A stretch of DNA of 64,000 nt from a virus. Shown piece after piece: positions 39,101-47,461 of the stretch. Both the position numbers and the translations under genes were made by a program. How positions within the stretch are numbered: the first letter of the stretch is position 1; every line of letters begins with the position of its first letter. The notes under the pieces are model-generated. The model saw nothing but the letters and a program-made list of their open reading frames with translations, did not search any database and had not been told where the DNA came from. The DNA lies in IMG/VR virus record IMGVR_UViG_3300020447_000001, positions 32,001 to 96,000 of that record. The stretch is one strand, 5' to 3'.

Positions 39101-39625
39101 ATGGAAGCTGCAATTAATTTTGAGTATCAAGCGAAGAAGGGTCGTCCGTTATCAGATGCGGTAGCCGAATTGGTGGGTCCTGAAATTCGATCGCTTAGCC
39201 AAGAGACAGGGGAGGAAGTCACCCCTGTCGAGTATTTAAACTGGGTAGCTACTCATCCACATAGTGAAAGTCACGCTTTGTTTGAGTGGGACGACACAGA
39301 AGCAGCGAAGAAATATCGTCTGCACCAAGCACGAAACATTATCAACTCGATTGAGATTAAGATAATTGATCATCGTGGAGATGAAACTTTTGTCCCTGCT
39401 TGGCTAAACATAAAGGTACAAAACGACGAAGAGGAATCTCCTCGTCAAGTCTACACTTCGTTTGAAAGTGTCGTAAATGATAATGAAAAAAGTCAAATAG
39501 TGGTGGCACAAGCGAGAAAAGAGTTTATTTCCTGGCGACGACGTTATTTGTTGTTTAGGAATGAGTTACCTCTAGCCGCTATTTTTGAGGCTACTGATGA
39601 GCTTGAGCTAGAAGAAGAAGGTTGA
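39101..39625 (+). CDS. Partner protein of the RAMP-like gene
   Basis: VTP...HPHSESHALFEWDDTEAAKKYRLHQARNIINSI motif; ends 13 nt before the array. Confidence 0.7.
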   Translation: MEAAINFEYQAKKGRPLSDAVAELVGPEIRSLSQETGEEVTPVEYLNWVATHPHSESHALFEWDDTEAAKKYRLHQARNIINSIEIKIIDHRGDETFVPAWLNIKVQNDEEESPRQVYTSFESVVNDNEKSQIVVAQARKEFISWRRRYLLFRNELPLAAIFEATDELELEEEG

Positions 39626-39638
39626 CACCTTAAAACAA

Positions 39639-40433
39639 GGCGAGGTACGGCTAGGCTAGGTACGTCATGTTCAGGTGGGGCGAGGCAGTCGTGGCTGGTT
39701 CGGGCGAGGCAGAGGCGTGGACTGGATGGGCAGTCGGGGCGAGGTCGGGCAAGGCAGCGTGGGGTCTGGTAGGGCAGGGCAGTCATGTCACGGACGGGCG
39801 AGGCAAGTCCGGGGCGGGCAAGGCCTGGCAGTCAAGTCAGGGTTTGGTCTGGAACGGCTAGGCTAGGCTGGGTCGGGCGTGGTTTGGCAGTCAGGGCGAG
39901 GCGAGGTCCGGTTTGGTGCGGAATGGTGGGATATGTAATGGCTGGTCGTGGCTGGTTCTGGCAGTCGGGGCTTGGTGGGGTACGGTAAGGTTTGGTTGGG
40001 TATGGTCTGACTTGGCAGTCTCGGCGAGGTCGGGCTAGGCTAGGCTAGGCTGGGTCGGGCATGGTGAGGCAGTCATGGCAAGTTCAGACTTGGCTAGGTA
40101 GGGCGGGCTCGGGCACGGCAGTCACGGCTAGTTCGGGAGTGACAAGGCGGGTTCAGGTCAGGTACGGCAAGGCAGTCAAGGCGGGGAAAGGCTGGGCTAG
40201 GCTGGGTGGGGTCTGGACAGGCAGTCACGGTGAGGTCTGTTGCGGTGAGTCGGGTACTGGTAAGGACGGGTTCGGCAGGCATGGTCGGGCAGCGTAGCTC
40301 ATGGCGAGGCCAGGCGAGGCCAGGCACGGCAGTCAAGGCGATGTGGGGTGTGGCTTGGCTAGGTAGGGCTTGGACAGTCGAGGCAGTCTAGTCATGACAA
40401 GGCTAGGTGTGGCGGGGTGCAGGTAAGGCAGTC
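39639..40433 (+). ncRNA. Array of 15 units of (GGY-NN)n pentamers separated by GGCAGTC; putative multi-guide RNA
   Basis: GGCAGTC at 39684, 39729, 39778, 39827, 39886, 39960, 40014, 40068, 40117, 40171, 40220, (GGCAGGC 40274), 40328, 40382, 40427; 12 of 14 spacings are 5n+4. Confidence 0.85.
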
Positions 40434-40446
40434 ACGTCCAGCTATG

Positions 40447-40486
40447 AACACCGCAAGTGCTACCATGCGCTTGCGGTGTTTTTTTT
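40447..40486 (+). terminator. Rho-independent terminator closing the array
   Basis: aacaccgcaagtgc-taccat-gcgcttgcggtgtt tttttt. Confidence 0.9.
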
Positions 40487-40560
40487 CTCTGGTACAAACC
40501 CTGGTACTTTTTTAGGGGGGACAAAAAGGGAGTCATATATTAGCCGATTAGACCGCAACT

Positions 40561-40782
40561 GCGCCGCAGCTAATTACCGGGGTTTGTACTAGCGCCGCAG
40601 CTAGGACGCAGCTGAGGACGCACTTGGGACGCACTTGTAATGCACTTGGAACGCACACTCCAGTGCACATTTTCTGCATATTTTCTGCACATTTTCTGCA
40701 TACTGGAGTGCACATTTTCTGCACAATGGGCTGAGGACGCACTTGGGACGCACACTGGAGTGCACATTTTCTGCACAATGGG
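40561..40782. repeat. Iteron-like direct/inverted repeat cluster
   Basis: ATTTTCTGCA x5; 24-mer at 40611 and 40730; 29-mer at 40702 and 40754; gcgccgcagcta x2; actccagt/actggagt inverted. Confidence 0.85.
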
Positions 40783-40799
40783 GGGTAAAAAACTAAAGT

Positions 40800-40847
40800 T
40801 TTACCTCCTACAATAACTTAACGCGTCCCTTATACTACGTATAAGAA
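40800..40847. repeat. 48-bp inverted repeat, left arm
   Basis: tttacctcctacaataacttaacgcgtcccttatactacgtataagaa is the exact reverse complement of 41751-41798. Confidence 0.9.
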
Positions 40848-40855
40848 AGGCGAGC

Positions 40856-41614
40856 ATGATTAAACGAATTCCACTGGGGCTGCAAGACATACTGACCCGA
40901 ATCGAAGATCCGTCGGACGCATTCACATTTAGTCGTTGGGGTGATGGCGAATGGCAAGCGATTGCAGGGGCGAGAAGCCGTAGTAATCGAGACGGGCACA
41001 GGTATTTCCCAGAAATGGGCAAAGAACTACGCCAAATCTTGCTGGAACAGCCAGATTACGTTATGGGCATGCAGGGATTAGCCCTGCGGGTCATGGGAGA
41101 CAAAATTAACACGCAAGTTAAAGCCGCAGGCCTAGATTACGTCGATTGGGTAGATTCGGATGTATTTCACCAAGCTGCTTTAAACGGACATCTCTATTGC
41201 GTTGTAAACGCAGTAAATACACGAAAGGTGTTGCTGGTTGGTCCACCCCATCTAAGGAAGGTCAATACAAATACAAATTTACCCCTACATTATTGGGAAT
41301 TTGTAGAGGTCTCGCCAAAGAATGCTTATCTGGATATAGAGCGCGTAATAGGGGATATAGAGCAAATTTTAGCAGAATACAAAGGAAAAGAGCCTTTGTG
41401 TATCTCAGTAAGTGCCAGCTTACCTGCGGGTATTATTCTTCACAGAATATACCCATTAACCAAGGGGCGACACACTGTAATAGACTTCGGATGTTTGTGG
41501 GATCCGTTAGCTGGTGTAATTACAGCGGGATATCACAAGGAGCAAGGTATTAAAGCTATTGTGGAAGCTAGAAGTACAGAACCTTACATCACGGAAGTAA
41601 GTGAAGAACAGTAA
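40856..41614 (+). CDS. GT-D fold (DUF1792-like) glycosyltransferase-domain protein
   Basis: FTFSRWGDGEW motif; KVLLVG; VIDFGCLWDPLAG. Confidence 0.65.
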   Translation: MIKRIPLGLQDILTRIEDPSDAFTFSRWGDGEWQAIAGARSRSNRDGHRYFPEMGKELRQILLEQPDYVMGMQGLALRVMGDKINTQVKAAGLDYVDWVDSDVFHQAALNGHLYCVVNAVNTRKVLLVGPPHLRKVNTNTNLPLHYWEFVEVSPKNAYLDIERVIGDIEQILAEYKGKEPLCISVSASLPAGIILHRIYPLTKGRHTVIDFGCLWDPLAGVITAGYHKEQGIKAIVEARSTEPYITEVSEEQ

Positions 41615-41750
41615 CACCTATTTACTATAGTAACATAGCATATGTTACTGTGCAATAAGAAGGTAATTTACTACGTAAATCCATATGGAATTGGCGAAGA
41701 TTAACAGATAAGTAATTTACTTAAGATACAGGGAGAAAAAAGACTCCCTG

Positions 41751-41798
41751 TTCTTATACGTAGTATAAGGGACGCGTTAAGTTATTGTAGGAGGTAAA
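41751..41798. repeat. 48-bp inverted repeat, right arm
   Basis: ttcttatacgtagtataagggacgcgttaagttattgtaggaggtaaa. Confidence 0.9.
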
Positions 41799-41829
41799 GT
41801 TTTAAGTTACAACCACGAAGGAGTTAGTA

Positions 41830-42039
41830 ATGACCATGTATGGTTCTCTTACAAAGAGACAAATGGCTCTTCTTACCCCCCATGCTGGCATCTTCGATTG
41901 GGATGACCTTCCCAAGGAGACGCAGCAGCAGGTCTTGGCAATCAGGGATCACGAGACAACGTGGTCTGACGCACAGCGCTATCTGGGCGATCTCTACAAT
42001 CCACATTTCGTAGATGCTGCCGCTAGATTGCTTAAATAG
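41830..42039 (+). CDS. Hypothetical protein
   Basis: RBS aaggag. Confidence 0.55.
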   Translation: MTMYGSLTKRQMALLTPHAGIFDWDDLPKETQQQVLAIRDHETTWSDAQRYLGDLYNPHFVDAAARLLK

Positions 42040-42061
42040 CACTATTTACGGAGAAAACACG

Positions 42062-42853
42062 ATGCTCCAGCCAATACCGGACAAGTTGGTGGTGTTGACC
42101 TTTGATGACGGGCATAGATCAGACCTTCATACAGTGGTTCCACTACTGCAACGTTTTTGTTTTGGAGCTACGTTTTTCATCCCTGGAAGGTGGAAACACC
42201 GTGCGGATGCTGCGGCTTTTTTAACTTGGGAGGAGGTAGAGCAGCTAGACAGTTTTGGCTTTGAGGTTGGTAATCACACACTTAGACATCCAAACCTTTT
42301 GGAGTGTGAGGCCTGGGAAGTTGCCAAAGAGATTGATGATCTTCATCAGTGTCTTTCAGACCGAGGTATTTCTCCCCCAGTGTCTTTTTGTTACCCCGGA
42401 TTTCACCACAATCCTTTGGTAGCGTCAGTAGTACAAGAGAAGAATTTCTTGTTTGCGAGACGGGGGGTTGATGGTGAGTTTAAGACAAAGGAAGGGTTTT
42501 GGAGAACCCTTAACGTTGATTCTCGTTTTGAAGATGGTAATTGCGGAGCACGGGGTCCGACTTACGACATAACACATGATCACCCGTTGCTAATACCAAT
42601 TACGTTGTACTATGGCTCTGCCATGTCTTTTGATGACGTAAAGTGGGCTGTTTCGCAAGCGGTTAACAAGCAGATTACTGTGTTGTGTTATCACGGCGTG
42701 CCAGAAGAGAAAGTATCTATAAGCACGTCTGTGGCGGACTTTAAACAACACATGGAGTACTTACACCATGAGGGTTGTCAGGTGATTGCCATGCGAGACC
42801 TGCAAAACTATGTGGATCCCGCCAAGTTCACGAGAGGTCCGTACGATGTTTGA
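42062..42853 (+). CDS. Polysaccharide deacetylase (NodB/CE4)
   Basis: VVLTFDDG, ATFFI, EVGNHTLRH, SFCYPG, LCYHGV. Confidence 0.9.
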   Translation: MLQPIPDKLVVLTFDDGHRSDLHTVVPLLQRFCFGATFFIPGRWKHRADAAAFLTWEEVEQLDSFGFEVGNHTLRHPNLLECEAWEVAKEIDDLHQCLSDRGISPPVSFCYPGFHHNPLVASVVQEKNFLFARRGVDGEFKTKEGFWRTLNVDSRFEDGNCGARGPTYDITHDHPLLIPITLYYGSAMSFDDVKWAVSQAVNKQITVLCYHGVPEEKVSISTSVADFKQHMEYLHHEGCQVIAMRDLQNYVDPAKFTRGPYDV

Positions 42854-42888
42854 CAGTTCAATAGTGCTATTTAACGAAGGAGAAAGAG

Positions 42889-43206
42889 ATGAGTGACGTA
42901 GCTACAAAGACGGTATACGAAGTAAAGACCTCGTTCACGATATATGCCAACTTCAAAGTTCCGGCAGACAGTTTTGACGAGGCACTAGACAAGCTCTGCA
43001 ACAAGGAACTTCTCACTGAATACTGTGGAGATCCCGCCACGTGGGGGTTCGATGAACGCAAGTTGGAGGAGGAGGGGATTACTGTCGAAATAGATAATGT
43101 TGACGGTGACCCGTCTCCAACAGGCCGGGCTTGTGTTGTGAGCGATTGGGATTATCGAGAGTTTAAAGCGGATGAGAACGGAGACGAAATTGAGGAGGAC
43201 GAGTGA
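42889..43206 (+). CDS. Acidic hypothetical protein
   Basis: RBS aaggag. Confidence 0.6.
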   Translation: MSDVATKTVYEVKTSFTIYANFKVPADSFDEALDKLCNKELLTEYCGDPATWGFDERKLEEEGITVEIDNVDGDPSPTGRACVVSDWDYREFKADENGDEIEEDE

Positions 43207-43379
43207 TGCCGATTTTTAAGATTTCCACGTCCTGGGAAATGTCTGCGAACGTTGAGGTTCAGGCGTCCGATCTGGACGAAGCGGTTGACATAGTTGAATC
43301 AAGCGACTTCCCGTTGCCTACCGATGCTTCGTACATAGCGGGTAGTTTTTCAGTTGATCAGGCTAAGCCTTCGAAATGA
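43206..43379 (+). CDS. 57-aa hypothetical protein (not in ORF track)
   Basis: MPIFKISTSWEMSANVEVQASDLDEAVDIV...; coupled TGATG. Confidence 0.5.
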   Translation: MPIFKISTSWEMSANVEVQASDLDEAVDIVESSDFPLPTDASYIAGSFSVDQAKPSK

Positions 43380-43396
43380 CTTGCTAGTTAGTAGAA

Positions 43397-43879
43397 GTGA
43401 TGAACCATCTTATTTCACAATATCTAGGAGAGCGGACGATGAAGGTTTTACTTATGGTTTTGGTATTGTTCGTCGCAAGTGTAGCCCAAGCTGGGGATTG
43501 GAGCGGACAAGAATTAACGTTGATGGAAAACGTTAACATTCAACAGATGTATGAAGTACATACCAAGCATCGAAGTCGTAACGGACTGCGACCACAGATT
43601 CTTAATGGTGAATTATGTCGTGCGGCTCAGGAGTGGTCAGAATATATGGCCGAGCATCACTATTTTAAGCACTCACATTATCCCGTCGCCGAAAATATTG
43701 CGGTGGGGCAGAAATCAGCAAATTCTGCCATGAATGCGTGGATACACAGCAGAGGGCACAATGCGAATTTGTTAGGGGGACATAATCAGGTCGGGTTCGG
43801 GATTGCTGAGTCTGCGGACGGAACTAGGTACTGGACATCATGTCATGGTTCAGGCTTTAAAGTGCACAAAGGAGGATGA
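43397..43879 (+). CDS. Secreted CAP/SCP-domain protein (probable start ATG 43439)
   Basis: Signal peptide; LCRAAQEWSEYMA, HS, AENIAVGQ, WIHSRGHNANLL, VGFG. Confidence 0.85.
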   Translation: MMNHLISQYLGERTMKVLLMVLVLFVASVAQAGDWSGQELTLMENVNIQQMYEVHTKHRSRNGLRPQILNGELCRAAQEWSEYMAEHHYFKHSHYPVAENIAVGQKSANSAMNAWIHSRGHNANLLGGHNQVGFGIAESADGTRYWTSCHGSGFKVHKGG

Positions 43880-44158
43880 ATGATGTCGTTTATACAACGA
43901 GGATTACCAAATAGAGAAGGAGGAGAAGTGATGAAAACGGGATGTTGTATTTGTGGTGGCGTAATTGACAAACATTACACTCCAGAGGGCAAGATGTATT
44001 GGGATAAGGGACATAACCCTTACCCGGTTGCAGTAGATGTAAATGGCGACGCAATCGACACAGAGCACGAGGATTATCGTTGTTGCGACGTTTGTAATGC
44101 AGGCGTAGTAATCCCAGCTAGGATGGAGGGAATTCTTTTGGCAAGGAGTAAGAAATGA
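43880..44158 (+). CDS. Small Cys-rich phage protein
   Basis: CCICG...GHNPYPV...RCCDVCNAGVVIPAR. Confidence 0.65.
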   Translation: MMSFIQRGLPNREGGEVMKTGCCICGGVIDKHYTPEGKMYWDKGHNPYPVAVDVNGDAIDTEHEDYRCCDVCNAGVVIPARMEGILLARSKK

Positions 44159-44658
44159 CACGTGATCGGTTTGAGAGGACGACTTGTGCTTGTAACGAGT
44201 GTAAGCTTGCTTGTCGTCATATGCCGGGAGCATTAATTCCCGGAGATGTTGAGGCTATTGCGGGTCACCTGGGTGCCCAAGCTACTGATGAATGGATCGA
44301 ACAACATTTCCGTGCCAGTGATGGTGCGAAGGTAGTTCTGCAAGGTAATTTCTTAGCTGTCCCTTCTATGGTTCCAGCGCAGAAAGCAGACGGTAGCTGT
44401 ACTTTTCTAGACGACGATGGTCGTTGTACGGTACATCCAGTAGCCCCCTTTGGATGTGCATACCTCGATATGCACATGGGACAAAGCGAGGCTGATGAAC
44501 GTAGTCAGGCAACCATCCGAGCTCAGCTAGAAGACCTAGCAAAACAAGGTGATCATTCTAAACACATTGCTAACTTGGCTGAGAAAGGTTTAGTAGCGCC
44601 TCCCCTTTTTGAACGGCGGCGTAACTTGGAGAACGCCTTTGAGGAGGTAGAAGCATGA
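44155..44658 (+). CDS. YkgJ-like Cys-cluster protein
   Basis: CACNECKLACR...CTFLDDDGRCTVHPVAPFGC. Confidence 0.7.
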   Translation: MTRDRFERTTCACNECKLACRHMPGALIPGDVEAIAGHLGAQATDEWIEQHFRASDGAKVVLQGNFLAVPSMVPAQKADGSCTFLDDDGRCTVHPVAPFGCAYLDMHMGQSEADERSQATIRAQLEDLAKQGDHSKHIANLAEKGLVAPPLFERRRNLENAFEEVEA

Positions 44659-45062
44659 CAACAATTGATTCTGTAGATAGCTTGGCTAGGACGTGTTATG
44701 AGTGGCCACGTACGGCAGAGAACGTGAGTGCTGAGGAGTATATAAAAAGAGGAGTTTACAGATATACCAACTGTGGTGCTTGTTTTGATACGTATGGCAA
44801 ATATGTAACGGTTTCAGGGTATTGCGAAGGATCCGAGGGTGAGTTGCCTGTTTACGAGTTACGGCTACCTTTTCCAGAGAAAGTTTGGTGGGAAGCTTTA
44901 GCTAAAGCTGAAGCTGATGCTTTTGAAAAGTGGAACTCGACGCACGGATGCGAGCGGTGTTGGCCACAAGGACATTGCACTGACAACGAAGAGTTAGAGT
45001 TTGGTAACTGGCCTATCAATCCCGAGTGTGTCAATTGCGAAGGCGACGGGGTAATTTTATAG
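44655..45062 (+). CDS. Hypothetical protein (CxxC motifs)
   Basis: Coupled ORF. Confidence 0.6.
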   Translation: MTTIDSVDSLARTCYEWPRTAENVSAEEYIKRGVYRYTNCGACFDTYGKYVTVSGYCEGSEGELPVYELRLPFPEKVWWEALAKAEADAFEKWNSTHGCERCWPQGHCTDNEELEFGNWPINPECVNCEGDGVIL

Positions 45063-45073
45063 GAGCACACATA

Positions 45074-45352
45074 ATGGCAGTTAAAGATTTCGTAATGGGG
45101 GGTGTGATGATTACTGAGCAAGAGCCTGGGTATCATCCCCATCGTTCTACTCCCACTAGCCTCACTTACTACAGAGGTGGCCAGCTTTATATTGATTTCA
45201 CAGAGGACTGTTACGGTCTTACAAATGGCGTGGCTTTAGATATGAACGAGGGTAACTTACGTGTAATCGTATGGGCGGACCCAGAAACTGAAGATCCTAC
45301 TCATATAATTGTTATTAAAAAATCAAAACTGAAGGAAATTAACAATGACTGA
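45074..45352 (+). CDS. Hypothetical protein
   Basis: ATG 45074 with RBS aggag. Confidence 0.55.
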   Translation: MAVKDFVMGGVMITEQEPGYHPHRSTPTSLTYYRGGQLYIDFTEDCYGLTNGVALDMNEGNLRVIVWADPETEDPTHIIVIKKSKLKEINND

Positions 45353-45857
45353 ATTAACACGGGAAGAGCTTGAGGCACGATGGAGAAAGAATCGCGAGGA
45401 AGAGACGGTTAGACAAGCGGAAAAAGAGAAGGCAACTAAACCTCTCTTTATGAGGATGTGCGAGCTGCTTTTGGCGAGGGATATTCGTTTTGTGGAGGTA
45501 GAATACGATGGGCAGGGGGACAGCGGTTGTATCGAGACCGTTAGTTATTTAGACGAGAAGGAGGAGCACTCGCCGCAGCCGCCGATTAGTACTGATTTTT
45601 TGCCGGGATGGAAGACTTTTGGTGGGCAGGAGTTGGATTTGGAAACTGGTATCCGGAAACGACAAGAAGTCGATGGTACTGTCGAAGACTTCATCGAAGA
45701 TTTCGTGTACGAGAGACTTCCGGGCGGTTGGGAAATTAACGAGGGAAGTTTTGGCACTTTCAAAATTGATTTGAAAGAGAAAAGTTGGGACAGTTCTCAC
45801 ATGATTCGAACGTACTCGGTAGAGGACTTCGGCATGAGCGGAAGTTACGAGGACTAA
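45345..45857 (+). CDS. DUF6878-like protein
   Basis: VEVEYDGQGDSGCIE...GWEINEGSFG. Confidence 0.7.
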   Translation: MTELTREELEARWRKNREEETVRQAEKEKATKPLFMRMCELLLARDIRFVEVEYDGQGDSGCIETVSYLDEKEEHSPQPPISTDFLPGWKTFGGQELDLETGIRKRQEVDGTVEDFIEDFVYERLPGGWEINEGSFGTFKIDLKEKSWDSSHMIRTYSVEDFGMSGSYED

Positions 45858-45858
45858 C

Positions 45859-46263
45859 ATGGCACACCCATATCACCATGCGGAAAGCTCTGTAATTAAG
45901 TGGGGTGGTGACGTAAAGGACTACGTTGCCATCCATAGTTGGTTTGACGAGTCAAAGGCACACATGGCTGACTTTCGTCATCGAGCTTTACGACATCATA
46001 CCGAAGGTATTTTCATGTGCGAAAGTATCTTTGGTGTTACCATTGTTAATTCACAAGGACGTAAGGTGCCTGTTCGATTTATCGGCGAGCAGCACGTAAA
46101 GGAGGACCTTGGTTGGATCCCAACCGTGAAGGATTGGTTTAAGAACATTGAGTCGGAATCTTGGATGATGAAACGTGGAACTAACGTAGCGGAAAACGTT
46201 AAGAAAGCGAGTAAAAGCAATGGAGCTAAAGTCAAAGCAGTGGACCATGCAGAAGCAACATAG
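45859..46263 (+). CDS. DUF6915-like protein
   Basis: MAHPYHHAESSVIKWGG...IHSWFDESK...RHRALRHH...EQHVKEDLG. Confidence 0.75.
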   Translation: MAHPYHHAESSVIKWGGDVKDYVAIHSWFDESKAHMADFRHRALRHHTEGIFMCESIFGVTIVNSQGRKVPVRFIGEQHVKEDLGWIPTVKDWFKNIESESWMMKRGTNVAENVKKASKSNGAKVKAVDHAEAT

Positions 46264-46447
46264 GGAGGAGAACGGAAAGTCTCGTTCTTCTTTTGCCCTT
46301 CTGTACGTTAAAGACAATAAGGCTAAGAACCTTATATCGTTAACCGTTCCTGAACATCTTCGCCAATTTGGTGACTTACTCAAGGAAGCGGGGTATTCTT
46401 ATGTTTCTTTCGACTCGCTCGATGTAGACAATATTTTTCAGCTGTAA
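46220..46447 (+). CDS. Hypothetical protein
   Basis: Short ORF between DUF6915-like and 46461. Confidence 0.4.
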   Translation: MELKSKQWTMQKQHREENGKSRSSFALLYVKDNKAKNLISLTVPEHLRQFGDLLKEAGYSYVSFDSLDVDNIFQL

Positions 46448-46460
46448 CGAAGGAGGGGAT

Positions 46461-47453
46461 ATGGCGGATTTTAAAATCACTATGGCACCACAAGAACCAA
46501 CACCTCAACGGATTGCGGCGGCGTTGTCTTTAAAGGATATGGCCCCACAAAAATTTGAAGCTTCTCTAAAGAATAAGAATTTTGTTCCTTTTATAGAGGG
46601 GGTGCAGCGGAATTGGCGTAACTGGTTAGCAATAATGAAAGAAGCTGGGTATGCGGCATTGGACGGCAAGAAGTTTGGCTATGCTCGTAACTGTCCTCCT
46701 GTGTTGGTTTCTTCTGCGGTGGATGGTGCGGTTGGGCTCAACGTTCGATTAGTGCCGTGTCGTCTTCCTGCGTGTCCGTTTTGCAACGCAAGAGCTGTAA
46801 TGAAAATACAGGAAACATTGTCGGCTACTTTAACTAACCTAGAAAAATTCGACACACTTAGCTTTGTTTCTTATGACGTATCGCACACGTCGTTAGAAAG
46901 TTGCGTGCAAGAGGTGGAGTCGCTGTGGTCAACGCTTGGAGGACCGGATTGTGCGGGGGTTATTAGTAGACGAGTGTTTTGGGTAGAGCCCTCTCCGCCG
47001 GGGGGAATCCTCGGGGTCCTGAACGTCCCCAGCGTATATAACGGTCGTTTGTCTTTTATACAGATAAATCCAGAAGACCCTTGTCGCCTTTCGCAAGACC
47101 TAGGCTTGCCGACGGTTGATCTCAGGCACAACACTGATTACCACCTGCAAGTGGCGCCTTCAAACAAAGACTTAGGCGCAATTGCTAAACACATTGGAAA
47201 GACATTTGCGTATCCTCCTATGTTGTTGTCTTGGAAAGACACAACAGATGCCGCAGCGAGTATGTTAAACGAGCTGCATAAGAAGAAGCGGCGTTTCTAC
47301 AGAACTGCCGGTATATGCAGAGGTAACTCATCACAGGCAACCCCTAGCCGACAAATGAGTACTAAGTCGTGGCGGCATGATGTTAACGAAAAATTGGATG
47401 TTATTGTTAAGGAGTTAGCGGAATTGAAAGAAATGCTAGCTCAGAAAGGGTAA
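46461..47453 (+). CDS. Hypothetical protein with CRLPACPFC zinc motif
   Basis: RBS ggagg; 330 aa. Confidence 0.65.
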   Translation: MADFKITMAPQEPTPQRIAAALSLKDMAPQKFEASLKNKNFVPFIEGVQRNWRNWLAIMKEAGYAALDGKKFGYARNCPPVLVSSAVDGAVGLNVRLVPCRLPACPFCNARAVMKIQETLSATLTNLEKFDTLSFVSYDVSHTSLESCVQEVESLWSTLGGPDCAGVISRRVFWVEPSPPGGILGVLNVPSVYNGRLSFIQINPEDPCRLSQDLGLPTVDLRHNTDYHLQVAPSNKDLGAIAKHIGKTFAYPPMLLSWKDTTDAAASMLNELHKKKRRFYRTAGICRGNSSQATPSRQMSTKSWRHDVNEKLDVIVKELAELKEMLAQKG

Positions 47454-47461
47454 TTACAACG

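Noticed and set aside
39544-40391. Several short G/R/A/W-rich ORFs on both strands over the array
   Set aside because: They are by-products of a 5-nt periodic G-rich repeat: no RBS, mutually overlapping frames, and a period that is not a multiple of 3.
39639-40433. Canonical CRISPR array
   Set aside because: The constant element is only 7 nt and the spacers are themselves periodic GGY-NN; no 25-45 nt direct repeats and no cas1/cas2.
39639-40433. Simple microsatellite or G-quadruplex tract
   Set aside because: The NN content varies widely while the register is kept and the separators are regular; the G-runs are mostly doublets. G4 formation cannot be excluded but does not explain the grammar.
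39639-40433. Self-targets of the decoded NN strings within this window
   Set aside because: Only spot-checked by eye against a nearby repeat, with no match; a systematic gapped search was not possible, so no target is claimed.
40548-40778. Cys-rich minus-strand ORFs (MCRKCA..., MQKMCT...)
   Set aside because: Translations of the iteron-like repeats; no RBS.
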